DNA of 61,872 nucleotides from Rotaria socialis (Eukaryota): NCBI GenBank assembly GCA_905331295.1, contig CAJNYD010000578.1, positions 1 to 61,872 of the forward strand, read 5' to 3'. Shown piece by piece: positions 42,229 to 54,799 of this stretch (position 1 is its first letter; each line of letters starts with the position of its first letter). The notes under the pieces were generated by a model. It saw only the letters and a program-made list of their open reading frames with translations, ran no database searches and was not told where the DNA came from. The position numbers and the translations under genes were made by a program.

Positions 42229-43758
42229 TATTTTTCAATCTCAGTCTTGGTAATCACGATCGATTTAAGGTGTATGTTGTACCACACATCACCATCCATT
42301 AGCAGCAACAGAACGAAAGAGAAAAAATAAAACGAACAAAAGACATTCAAACTTCAGGGTACAGTAAGTGACATAGAAAAAAACATGCAAATCTCATTCA
42401 ACTCTATGTAAATCTAAAAGCATTACAACTTTTTTACTTAACAAAAGATGTTTTTCGTAATTGTATCCTATTGTGATCGCGCTTTCCATTTGAATTTCAG
42501 TTGTGATGACGACAACCACAACAATGATCCTGCAACTTCGTAGTGACTAAAGATGGTGAAAGCTGATAGTTTATTATTTGAGTTCACATGTTCGAGTTCT
42601 CTGCTTTTTGACGTGAAATTTTTGTCATTCCTGATCATGAAGCGGCTTAACAACAATTTTCAAATTTTAACAATAATCTTTTTACATGCGAGATAAGGAA
42701 AACTTTGATTCATAAATTGGTGTTGTTTGTACTCGATTAATTTATTTTCACTCTTCACGCTCATTCACCTTGGTTTTTGGAAGATTCAACGCACGATCAT
42801 TTAGCAAGAATTATATCACATATGTCTGCCATTTTCCTGCGAACGTTAGGTCATTATAACGATCAACATTTTGAAAACAAAATGAGAGAACAAAGTCTGC
42901 TGCAGAGATTAATAACACACATACACACACTTTCGAAATCAAATTTAACATTTTTCTTTGGTCTTGGAATAAATACCCAAATTCACCGAAGTACTCAAGA
43001 GATTTCTTGAATCTTTTACGTGTGTTTTAATGCACGTCAATTGAATGTTTTTCTTAAATTCTATTTGTTTTGAAAGCATTGGTAACATATCAAGTTTAGC
43101 AAGCAAAACTTATTCGTTTTTGTAAATATGAGCATGGATACCCTCAACGCTTGTAAATGAATAAACTATTTTGACCTTTGGAGAACTGACATTTGATTAT
43201 ATAGGTAAACATTTACTGTTAATTTAGATTACAGTAACAAGAGATGTTGTCTTGTTTTTTTCTCTAAACTGACTCGGTTCTCTACGGTTAATCAATCAAG
43301 TGATGAAACAAACTCTTTACAACCTCGTTCTAAATTGATGATCGAAAACGAAATGATTATATGGTACGTTTAAGTGCAATATTACTGTTCGCTGTACCGT
43401 TATCAATATAGACAACACGGAACGAAAATAAATTATTGTCGATACGCAATAGAAAAAGGATTATGCGTAGAGCAAAATAATTTATGGGAAGTACTCTTGT
43501 AATCTCTTACTAAGCTATACAATGAATCGCATAAGATAAATAATCTACTGAAGGTGAAAACAAGACCATAAATCTATTATCACAAAGCGTCTTTTAATTA
43601 TTTATCTATGATTTAATGCGTCATGTTTTACTTTTGCACTCTATCCAAGTGATCTATTGATAGATAACATTTTATGGTAAGAAATGCAAGGGTGTTTTTT
43701 CATTCCTTTTTCTTGCCTGCTTGTCAATTGAATTAATAAGACAGGCAAAAGTTGCCCG

Positions 43759-43831
43759 ATGCGAACTTATGAGCTTTCTTTAATCATGACAATGCGAACT
43801 TATGAGCTTTCTTTAATCATGACAATGCGAA
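43759..43831. repeat. 33-bp tandem duplication (about 2.2 copies) upstream of the ZnT1-like gene
   Basis: atgcgaacttatgagctttctttaatcatgaca at 43759 and 43792, then a partial atgcgaa at 43825. Confidence 0.95.
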
Positions 43832-43949
43832 TATAGATATTTATAGAAGTTAAACAATCATGTTTTACTAAGAAAATAATATACTACTAATAGAACAAAC
43901 AATGACGAAAACATATTAAATCTCGTTTTCTTTCTCAGATGAATTTTGT

Positions 43950-44020
43950 GAGCACCCCCATATGTAAAGAGTGACATAAAAATGATTTATCGATGTGGAT
44001 TTCATATGTCGGGGGTGCTC
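43950..44020. other. GC-rich inverted repeat / hairpin upstream of the ZnT1-like CDS
   Basis: gagcaccccc (43950-43959) is the exact reverse complement of gggggtgctc (44011-44020). Imperfect catatg(t)aaa / tttcatatg pairing extends the stem. Confidence 0.7.
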
Positions 44021-44073
44021 TTTCAATAGTATTTATTTTTTGTTTCAATAGAACTCCTGTTAGATATTTCCAA

Positions 44074-45552
44074 ATGTCTCTTCAGAATCAGACCATAGTC
44101 ATGATCATCACAACCATCACGACCATCACCACCATCATCATGGTAAATGTCATTTATTTCGAACGAAAACGTTTCGCTTATTAGTAATGATTTGTTTAAC
44201 ATCGGCATTCTTCGTTGTCGAACTTGTTGTTGGCAATATAACAAAGTCAGTTGCGCTTGTTGCGGATGCATTTCATATGTTATCTGATATAATATCGCTT
44301 GTCATCGGAATAATTGCCGTTCGATTTGTTAAGCGTCAAACCGAGGTCAACACATATGGATGGGTGCGCGCCGAAGTTGTGGGTGCAAATATAAATACTG
44401 TTTTTCTTCTCGCCCTTTGTTTAACGATTATATTCGATGCTATCAAACGATTTGTTGAACCTGAGCCCATCGAAAATGTTAATCTATTACTTATTGTTGG
44501 CGGGATTGGCTTGGGAATCAATATTATAGGCTTATTATTGTTTCAAGGTTTTCACGGGCATACACATGGAGGTCATTCGCATGGTGAGACCAGAGGTAAA
44601 AACTCGAGTATACATAGTCAACCGGAAATTCTTCATGATAGTGAGAGTCGCTTAGAAAGGCATAGCACACGAGCATTGCAAGAGGTAATATTTAAAATTT
44701 AATTAAGATTTATTTCATTGGTAAATTTAGATTATCGCCGAATGCTCTAACGAATCAGATGAAAGCCAATCGGATACAAACAATGGAATCAAGACGGCAA
44801 AACCTGATGAAAAAGAAAATAAACCAAAAAAGAAAGCATCGATGAATATGCACGGAGTGTTTTTACATGTGTTAGCTGATGCTCTGGGCTCGATTGTTGT
44901 TATAATAAGTGCTTTAATAATCAAATTTGTTCCACATGAACAAGACGATAAGAATCATTGGACAGTTTATATTGATCCGACTTTATCAGTAATTATCGTT
45001 ATTATAATCAGCCTGTCGGCTCTTCCGCTTTTTCGTGATACAGCTTCGATTTTACTTCAAACAATACCTAAAGACCTCGAAATTCATAAAATTAAAGCTC
45101 AACTGTTAAAAGCGGTTCCTGAAATTAATAGTATCCATGAATTACACATTTGGCGGCTTACCAACGAAAAAATTATAGCAAGTGCTCATTTACATAGAAG
45201 AAATTTAACCAATTATATGTCGGTTGCAGGAAAAGTTAAAAACTTTTTTCATTCAATTGGCATTCACTCGGTCACCATGCAATATGAGCACGATGCTGAT
45301 GATCCACTAACATCCTTTCCGACTCGAGACGTCGATACTCTATCGAAACTAACTGGCGATTGTTTACTTCGTTGTGAAAATAATTCATGTGAAACTCAAA
45401 CATGTTGTACGATGAAATCAGTTCGTTCGAATGCATTATTACAGACTAATCAAATTATGCAAGTATCTACTATTACTCCACCAAAACAACTTGATAATTC
45501 TCTACCGCATAATGTCTCAATCGATCTTTCATTCCGAAATGAAACATTCTAA
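44074..45552 (+). CDS. SLC30A1: Cation diffusion facilitator, ZnT1-like zinc exporter (2 coding exons; intron 44685-44730; start uncertain)
   Basis: Motifs SVALVADAFHMLSD, TYGWVRAEVVGA, His loop HGHTHGGHSHG, NMHGVFLHVLADALGS, YIDPTLS, IHELHIWRL and a Cys-rich C-terminus. The His-rich stretch from 44064 is in frame with the 44187 ORF; the ATG at 44074 is 2 nt out of frame. Confidence 0.92.
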
Positions 45553-46300
45553 GCTACTTTATTTTTATTGATTCAAAAAGTGTAAGTTTTGTCTAAATAT
45601 TTTTTTTCTCCAGTAAGATTCCTTTCGTACAATAGTCACCGATGATTTCTTTCTGATAATGAAAATATATTGAACTAAAGCTGATACTGATCGTGAATGT
45701 GCATTCATGAATTTAGAATGCTCAAAGATAGGTCTAATATTAAAACAAACTGCATGCACCTAGTTGATTCAAATTTTATTTTTCTACTGAAACATTTGAA
45801 GGAACTCGTAAAATAATTAATCGTGCATTTCGTAAGTATTCGATATTCTGCTTTGAAAATACTTTAACGGCAATGCTTCGAATGGAATACATTGAAAAAC
45901 AAATAGTACCACCATCAATTGATTTGTTCTTCTTACCTCAATACAATCGTGCTATTGTCTTCTTGAGAACATTCACTTAGGTATCTATAGATAATTGTGA
46001 AAAACAATATTTCGAGTTTTATGATGATGAATTATCGTATTGATTTACGTCTTGTGTTTGAATGTATACAGAAATGCTTTATCTTCAAGCAATTACGAAG
46101 CTCGATGCCTTTCGTTAAATCAGACACAAAGAGCAGTAGGTGATTTATTTTATGATAGTAGTAATTTTGACAATGAAAAATTCAAATCTTGTACAACTAC
46201 TCAACAGTTTTTTTAAATATTATTTGATTCCGCTCATGGATATTTATTGTAGAATATATTAAAGTACCATAGTAGGCATCTCTCGGTATTAAATATTGAA

Positions 46301-48288
46301 TTATTTCAATTTTGAAGATACACGTTGCATATCATTTTTGATTTTAGCGAAATTTTGATATTTCAATGATGACTGACGATAGATGTCATATGCCTCTCGA
46401 TATTCTTCTAATGCTTTGCTTCATTTAGTCATGTCCTCAAATAGCTGGCCAATGGCTCTATGACGCGAAGCGATGTCTTGATGTTGCGGAGGAAGTGACT
46501 TCTTCCGAATTTCGAATGCTTTTACATAACATTCCATGGCACGTTGATACTGACCATCACCACGATAAACATCACCTAGCCCACTATGATTTAAAGCCAT
46601 ATCTGAATGATTATCAGGTAAATATCTCCCTTGAATAGTCATGGATCGTTGAAAATTCCTGAAAGCATCTGCGCACTGCTTTTGAGCACAATAAATATGA
46701 ACGACGCCATGGTACAACGAAGCCATGTTTAGATGATCTGTAATATTTCCGAGTTTTTAGCATTTCATTGCTTCTTTATAGTCCTTCTTTTCAAAAGAAA
46801 TATTTCCAAACGAACAATGCAAGCCAGTGGTCATAACGTTTTCTATCTTTATACACCATGCCAAGTGAAAAACACAAGTTTGAAAACGCAGTATCATCGG
46901 AAGAATAACATTCTCGTAGACCCGAATATATTTTCTCTGCTTCATCATTTTCCCCCATAAATTGTAGTTCATCACCAAGTGATCGACGACCAACTTCTTT
47001 CTCACCACCGCCATAATCTTTCTTCAGACGATTGAACAGACTTTCCGAATCATTGTCATCATCACCTGCTAATTCCATTTTAATGTTCCAGATTTTGTCA
47101 GTATCATTTTTCATGCATGCTAACCAAACGAAAATATAGATCCAATCATAAATAATACTTCCAATTCATTACTAAAATAGCTGAGCGAGTGGATATCAGC
47201 GAATGGTTTTGATTTCACAGCCCTAGGATCTGCTTTAATGAGAAATAATATTCCATGTAAATCCCTGACAGCGGTCGAGTTGAGAAAAAAGAATTCATTG
47301 CTACTTCACGATTAGACGCAGTAGAAAAGAATGAATTAATCGAGATGTATTGACCGATCGATTTTTCAAGATTAACCAATTCTTGAGTTGATATTGTTTG
47401 ATATCGATACACTTTAATAGGTTCTTGACATTGATTTTTTTCTAGTAGCTGACGTATGTCACGAATTACGAAACGAAATAATAATAGGAGTTCAGTATTT
47501 TGTATTCGCAATGCTTTATTTAACATCTTGTATACAAATGTGTTACGCGTATACCACCATAGAGCTTTTCTAGATTGATAACTACGTTCAAAACCACGAA
47601 TAATTTCTAGTTGAGGTTCGTTATCAGCATATTCATCTTTACAAAATTCAACGAGCTTCTGTTGGTCTGTTTTATTGGATGGTAATCTGATGAGAACGTC
47701 GATCAATAATAGAGAATGAATAAAATTACCATTAAGTTCTGTTGTTGATTTATCCGCATTGCTGCCAGCATTATAAATATTTATCGACATTGGTTCTTTC
47801 ACTTTTCCTCGATCTTTTTGGTCTGCTTTAATTTGCAGAATGAGACTATCGAGTTGATTGTGAACGCGTTTTATCTTCGAAGAAGTGAATAAAGAAAATT
47901 AAATAATTTCTCAAAAAAAAGCAAAAGAGAAGAATATTTCATACTTTAGAATACTCTTTAGCCCAGCGTTTGCATGCCTTTGTATCCCAGCAATAGATAC
48001 AAACAGAGGAGAGTTGTCGAAGATCATGAATCCTAGGAACTAATTTTTTGCTTAATCGACCACTGATCATAAGAACAATTCGATCTTGTTCAGAACAAGA
48101 CTTGATATATATTTTCTACAATCGTCGGGACCATGATATGTTTCAAGATGATTGATGATTGTACGCAGTTGTTTTTGGGCACTTTTGTTCTCGTCTGTTG
48201 TATTGCCTTGAGTATCAAGCCAAAGAAGAGAAAAAGTTTTCAAATTTTTCTTGCGTTTTCCGGTGGCTTTTGCCTTGGCAGCAGTCAT
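46301..48288 (-). pseudogene. Pseudogenised paralogue of the receiver-like/ART/TPR gene
   Basis: Collinear with 59451-61513 (TFSLLWLD, DKSTTELNG.FIH, KALWWYTR, VYRYQ, SINSFFST, KSKPFADI, NELEVLF, TPRs, QRVSSKLK*), with the intron at the same position (47944-47875). Frameshifts near 48105, 47285 and 47130; premature stops at 46757 and 46421. Confidence 0.9.
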
Positions 48289-49675
48289 ATTTTGATCAAT
48301 AGCACTATTGAAATCAAATATTTTGGTAAAAATCTGCTGTCGTTATCGTTGTATTTATTCGACTTCGTATATTGTATCATCAGCCAACACTAATATTACC
48401 TTTTAATGAAGCTTCTTCTATCGTTTTTATCGTATAGGTGATCGCTGTTCTGTCTTGGCGGCAGATGATAGACAGTTGAAATGTACAGATAAACAGATAG
48501 TAGATTTGTTTACAATGAGTCATAGTAATAATTATTTGTGATTCATCTAGACGTGTTAACGATGCGACTCGCTGAATCAAAAACAAAAATGCGATTGACG
48601 ATCATTATGAAAAACGTCTCTTTTTTTCCGACTCGTAATGGTTACTTCTGTCATGTGATATAATGTAAATGAATGTGTTATTCTTTCAAATCGGTCTTAT
48701 GAATGCGTTTGTTTATTTTTCTAGTAGCCATCTGCTTTAAAACATGAAAAAAAATGACTAAAAGCTGGTCAACGTGTTACATAAACAAGAATTAAAAAAT
48801 CTACAAGAAAGAATAGAATTCATTTAAACCGAGACTTGGATATAAGGTGTATTTCGACGATCTATTTTCTCACGATGAGCGTGTTTACTTGTATTCTAAG
48901 GACTGAATCGAAGATGAAATCTGTACCGGTCTATCTTGTTTCCGTTTTTCTTCTTCGTAATGGTGTAAAATGATATATAGATGAGTATTAGAAAATTATT
49001 GAGCGACCAACCAGAACAGCTCTAGTGCTCTGGCCTGATGACGGTATGCGGTTGAAGCCAGTCCATAATATTTCACCTCTCATAGAATTTTTTTGAGCTA
49101 CGACAATGACTTCTTAAATTGTTTTATTCAAATACAGGATACTCAGAGAAACTTTACAAAGTATTTGATGGCCATGTAAAGTATTGACCTGTCTAGATGT
49201 TTGATTCGTTACATATGAGATTTCTTACATTCTGCACTGAATATCACATTGACTTAGATGAAGGTTGAATATGAAACTAAATTTATGCAAACTGAAAATG
49301 ATGGAAATCTTTTTAATGATATGCTGAAAGTTAATGTTGACTTATTACGATGAAAATTTTATTCAAAACATGTTGAAAAACTTCTATCTGCTATAGTAAA
49401 ATAGCTAAAAAAGTGCACTTTCGAATTTCGATAAAGACATTTCGCATGCAGCCAGCTATTAAGACAAAAGTTTATTGAGGTTTTTTTTAAACTAAAGTAA
49501 AAAAAATGAATAAACCGAGCAAACTGATTAAATCTCTGAAGCCGAAATATTTATAAGAATCAGAGTCGTCGCATTGCTATTTTTTGTGTTTGAAGAAATG
49601 ATTTTCTTATTATTCAATAAAAATCTCATAAAAAGAAATATAATTCTTTTTAAAGTCAATCATATGGAAACGGTT

Positions 49676-51235
49676 TTAGGCAAAATCAGGTTTGTCAGCT
49701 GCTGCTATACGTTTAATAGTAACGTGGTTAAATCTTTTTGTCTTCTTCCCACGAGCAGCATGATTATCAGCGTGTGTAGGTAGTTCAGAAAATTCAGCAT
49801 CTTGTTTTACTCCCCATCCTTTTGATTTTTCCATAGTGTTTTCGTCAGGTTCATGGCGTATTTTTGGTTCAGTAAAACTGTTTGGATATTGCTCTTTATT
49901 GTGTCGACGATGATGCTGATCATCATAATGTTTTGATAGTCCAATATTGTTTCTTGGCGCAATATTAATTGAATTATGATTTCGTAGTGAAAATAATTGA
50001 TCCATTTTATCGAGCGCTGTTTGTACAAATTGATCCGTCATTCTTCGTCTCTTCAATGGACGATTAGATACCCCTCCGTATGCATTCTGTGCTGGCCACA
50101 CACCACATTGAATATCTCTGATGCGTAGCGGAGACATGGTTGTTTCAGTATTCGTTTGTTTATCTGTAACGTGAATAACATCACTGTTTGCTGACAGTGA
50201 TGAACTATTGTGTATCGTTTCATATGGTACTGGTGACATGTAATTCGATCGAACATAATTATTGATTTTTCCGAATTCATGATCTTGAATATATTCCGGC
50301 ATGAATGAATTATTTTTATCGCCATTAGCGTCAACGCGACCTTTCTTATAGCAATAAATGAATAAGCAGAGTGTTGCAATTACCGTTACTAACATTACAA
50401 CACTAACAGTTATGCCTAATACTTTCCATTGTGGGTTTGTAGTCGGATCTAAATTTAGTTTAATTAATTAAAAAAAAATAAAATATGAAGAAAATATATG
50501 ATTGGACTTACCCGTGATATACAAAATGAGGGAAGCTAGAAACCCAATAATGGCTGCAGAGCCAAGCACTATCATCGTTCCAAATAGAATTCCGCCTGTT
50601 AAACGTGTTAAGCCGTAACATAAGGGTTTCGACCAACATGAATCCTAAAACGAAACTAATTATTAAGATTTAATCAGAAGAAAAAAAATCTAGCTCAACC
50701 TGTTTATCATTTTGCTGAAAGTCATCGTCCGTGTGCGCATCTTTAGAGAAAAAGAAATTCGTTTTAATATTTTTCACGAAGAAAAAGCAATGAATTTTAC
50801 TGGTATGAAGATTTTGTGGCGCATATGATTGGTTTGGATGATAGCGATAGTTTGTATCCAGGCGTGAATGATTCATGTCCATTTGTGATGATGGAGCAAC
50901 TGTTCGTGTTGATTGCATCTCTGATACAGTTCGAAAAGCTTATTTTTAGAGAAAAAAATTGAATTCAATTAAAGAAAATCTAACTTCGATCACATACAAT
51001 TATTTCGTGGAGCATGCGAATTCAAATTTGATGGCTGAGGCGCAATACGATTGTTTTTAAGTGAATTACTGTGAAATACGGCGTGATCATGATATTGTGA
51101 AGGCACGCTCATTGCTTGATTCGATTGTCCATGACTAAACACCGTTTGCTTCTGTTCGGGATGTTGAAAACTTGTTCCTGACATTATTCTTGAAGGATTT
51201 GGATAATTAAATGACATTGGTTGTTGGCCATGCAT
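49676..51235 (-). CDS. Hypothetical multi-exon membrane protein with two adjacent TM helices
   Basis: ORF fragments 50990-51280, 50670-50918 and 49676-50395 are joined by short GT-AG introns. The spliced middle reads SCWSKPLCYGLTRLTGGILFGTMIVLGSAAIIGFLASLILYIT-DPTTNPQWKVLGITVSVVMLVTVIATLCLFIYCYKKGR. No family recognised. Confidence 0.7.
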
Positions 51236-52581
51236 TTCTGAAATGAGACTAATGAAATATAATTTCGGAATTTTTCTCACAAGAAGTTTATGATAACCGT
51301 AATGAATCTACATTTGAAACGTCTAGCATCAATTCATACCTTTTTAATGTGAAATATCATCGACTGTTTTTTTTTTGGTCAATTCAATCAAAAAAGAAAA
51401 CTAAAAAGTGATTGCTTTTTCTTTTTTCTTCATCTCAATCTAGATGAGGAAAAACAATGTGTGCTCCGATCCTTGTTTTTAAATTGATTATTTCTCCACA
51501 CTCGCTTTAAAACAAATATACTAATTTGAATTTATTTCTGTGGAAAATGAATATTAATTTTATGCATCCTGCATCTTGTAGGATCAATTGCATTCAACAT
51601 TAATCCTCGACAAATCAATTTATAGATTTTGAAATATAGATATTATGCAAGACTGATGCTTTTAATTATGATATTGTAAGTATTCGTACGAATAATATAA
51701 AACAAAACAAGAAACAATCAGCTTTTGTACATCGAAAGAAATATTAAAGGCGACGACATGACCTAAGCCAGTTCTTTGTCTTGTTGTCTATGCTGTAATA
51801 ACGAAGTTATTAATAGAATGAATAGGACATTTCTGAACGTTACGATCGTTTTATATTTTTTATCAAAAATAATAGCAGTACTAGAAAATAAATCTTTCAA
51901 CTAAGTTTCTTTTATTTTCATTGTGCCACAGTTTTGGCATCTGTAGATGAATCGCTACAAGTAATCATATCGAAATTGAAAAATAAATTTGACGCGCATT
52001 TAAAAATCTGAAAGAACACATGTTTAATCATAGTGAATAGATTTTTTGAATATATACAATAAGGAAAAACTACTAATCATAGATGCCGCAAGAATTTCGA
52101 ACGAAAATACAGAAGAAGAAAAAAAGCTGATATTATTATGTATTGTCAACTTTGAAAAGGTTGTCTTGATAGATGACTGGAGAAGAAATGAAAAATCGTA
52201 AATAAAAATTTTTATCAGACTTCATCTCTTGAGAAAGAAAAAGTTTTAAAATATTGCCACAACTGAACGTCTATCATAATCAAAAACATGAGGTCTCGCT
52301 GCATTTATTTGAGGATGTAGATGAGATTTTAGGTATGAGAAAATAGAAACCGATACCATCATTCTAATATCAAAGCGTATTTCAAGGCGCCGATGATTGT
52401 CACAAATCTTCCAAGTTAATGCAGAAGGGCTTTATGTTATGCGAGTAAAGAAAAATCTTTCCTCCACACCAAATCCCACTTAACCTATGATTCTCTAAAT
52501 TAAGCCAGCGTCTAATACCTTCAATGAAGATCGCCATAATAATCAAACATTTAATCCCTGTGAATGAATATGCCTAAGAGT

Positions 52582-53617
52582 CATAGGCGGTGGAGCCATT
52601 AGGCTAGGGGCGGCTCAAGCCTCCCCTAAAAAACAAATGGGGAGGCTTGGGGAGGCTCAGTTATTTGAAAAAAATCCTGATGTCATCGTAATTCTATATT
52701 TGATAAGTGAAAGCGGTTAGAAAATCGATGCTATTTTTTCTCCGAAGTAATGTTCAGTTCAGTCCGAGGATATATATGTTGCATGTTTTTGAAATATTTT
52801 CATTTATTAATGCTAGCGCCTCCTCTATGAAGATGAAGGGGAATAGTGAACGGCGTTATCTAAGATCAACAATGACCAGGGCTGTCGATTGTTTTTGACA
52901 AGTAGTGTGGGCTAAAAATTTCGCAGAAAATCTGAAAATTTTGACAGAAAATCTCGTCTCGCTTTTAGACAGTAACTGAGGAAATAATGGTGAATTTTTC
53001 GACTTTCTGCGATATTTTGTTGAAAAAAAGTGGTTTTATTTCTTTTTTTTCAGAAAAATGGGGGAAAATGCTTAAAGGTCGGGTTTTCGCGAGAATTTCT
53101 TACGAAATTTTTAAAATTTGGCAGAAAGAATTCAAAATTTTCGCAATAAATTTTCGCATATTTTTCAATTTTTGGGGGACTAGCCCCGTGCTCGGCAAAC
53201 CTGGCAATGATACAACAGCGCTTTAATCATGTGCTTATCCCTCATGTTCATAAAGAAAAATTAGATCAGTTAGACTCGAACAGTAATCATTCTGATTTTA
53301 TTGCAAAAAATCAGAGTAGAAAAGTCTTTTTTGAACGTGAATAATAGTTTTTGTACTTATGAATTTTTTATTTGCTTTAGTCAAGGTTTAAGATTTTTGA
53401 TGCTTATGTTGATAATGAAATAAAAATTTTGATAGTGTAGTAGAATTCTCGATTGCTGTGAAGGTGTGCAAATGAGTCAGTGAAGAAAATGTTTTGAATG
53501 AAGGTTATAACCAAGAAATTTAAAATTCTGTTTTCTCCCTCTAATGTCGACTTTCTGTCGTTGTTTTTCAAAAACATTTTGAGCCTCCCCTAAATTAGAA
53601 ACGTTCCGCTGCCTATG
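52582..53617. mobile_element. Non-autonomous hAT-type DNA transposon (about 1.04 kb)
   Basis: TIRs cataggcggtggagc / gttccgctgcctatg; 8-bp TSD ctaagagt (52574-52581) / ctaagagc (53618-53625); subterminal ggggaggct / gagcctcccc repeats; no transposase ORF. Confidence 0.85.
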
Positions 53618-53683
53618 CTAAGAGCAATAGTAGCGAAGTAACTACTATCTTTTTCCTGAAGAGAGAAATTATTCAAAATAAAC

Positions 53684-53950
53684 ATGATTTCATCTATTCA
53701 TCGTTTGATATGGTAGCTCGTAGTGCTTCTAGCAATGATCGGTGTGACTGTTGGTGCTGCGGCAAAAGCGCAATGTCAAAAAACCTGTACTGGAAGGGCC
53801 GATCTTCGTGCAGGTTTTTGTGCATCAATACCCGAAATGCATAGATTAGTACCAGCTATGACAACCAGAAAACAAGTACAAGCGATTTGTTATTCACAGC
53901 TTCATATAAAAGGGATCGCGTGCCAAAACCGGTGTAATTGATGGTTCTAA
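53684..53950 (+). pseudogene. Small secreted six-cysteine peptide gene interrupted by two in-frame stops
   Basis: MISSIHRLIW*LVVLLAMIGVTVGAAAKAQCQKTCTGRADLRAGFCASIPEMHRLVPAMTTRKQVQAICYSQLHIKGIACQNRCN*WF*. Signal-peptide-like N-terminus and six Cys; TAG at 53714 and TGA at 53939. Confidence 0.65.
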
Positions 53951-54441
53951 TCTTCCTGAATATCATTTTAATATTTCACTGTTGTCTTGATATTCATTTT
54001 TGTTTTTGTGAGTGATAAAAAGGATACTTCAAACATAATAAATCAAGACTGAAGTGCCTTCATCTTCTGCAATTGATTCTTAGATACGATCGCAGATCCT
54101 AGTTTCACTATTTCCACTCATTCGGCACACTACTATCACACAACAGAATGCTGGATGGCCATTACGTGAATCGCTTGTTTTTTCTATATCTTTGCAGCCA
54201 ACGAAATTATCTATAGATTTCAATAGAGTAAAGCAAAATCAACAGAAGAGTTTCTGCATTAATCACTTTTTCGGCATCAAGGCTCTCAAGTAATTATCAT
54301 TATTCAATGGAATTAATCTTTGTCAACTTCATCAAGTCTCAGTTGTTTTTCTCTACTCAACGTAAAATAGATGCAAGCAAAAATATATCAACGATTCATC
54401 CTTATGCACTCACACCGCTATACGATTTTCTGTATCATATA

Positions 54442-54661
54442 CCCAGGTCACTCAACTTGTGTCGTGCACGGCCGTTTGGTATGCACCGTATTACGGTCGT
54501 TAGTAACCGTTTACGACACGGCGAAATACGGCCGTCATACGGTGCATGCCAAAACGTCAAATTACGGCGATTTACGGTCCGAAACGTTATAACACGGCAG
54601 TATACGTTGCCGTATGTGGCCCTTTACAATCGTATCAGGTCATCGTAATGTTCGACCTGGG
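54442..54661. mobile_element. MITE (220 bp) with CCCAGGTC TIRs and TA target duplication
   Basis: ta|cccaggtc ... gacctggg|ta. The interior is rich in tacgg/ccgta motifs and higher in GC than the flanks. Confidence 0.8.
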
Positions 54662-54799
54662 TAAATATTGTCGCTTGCATTTGTATTTATTGAATAGTTA
54701 GTAATTAAAATGTCAGAAAACTCATTGATTTTTTCAAATATTATAGCAATAAAAAATAGATAATAATTAAAACTAGTATGTTTTCTTCGTTGTCTGAAT

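Noticed and set aside
53714..53941. Stop-codon recoding (Sec/Pyl or alternative code) to explain the peptide's in-frame stops
   Set aside because: Two different stop types occur in one short ORF, other genes use TAA/TAG/TGA as normal terminators, and no SECIS-like element was recognised; pseudogenisation is simpler.
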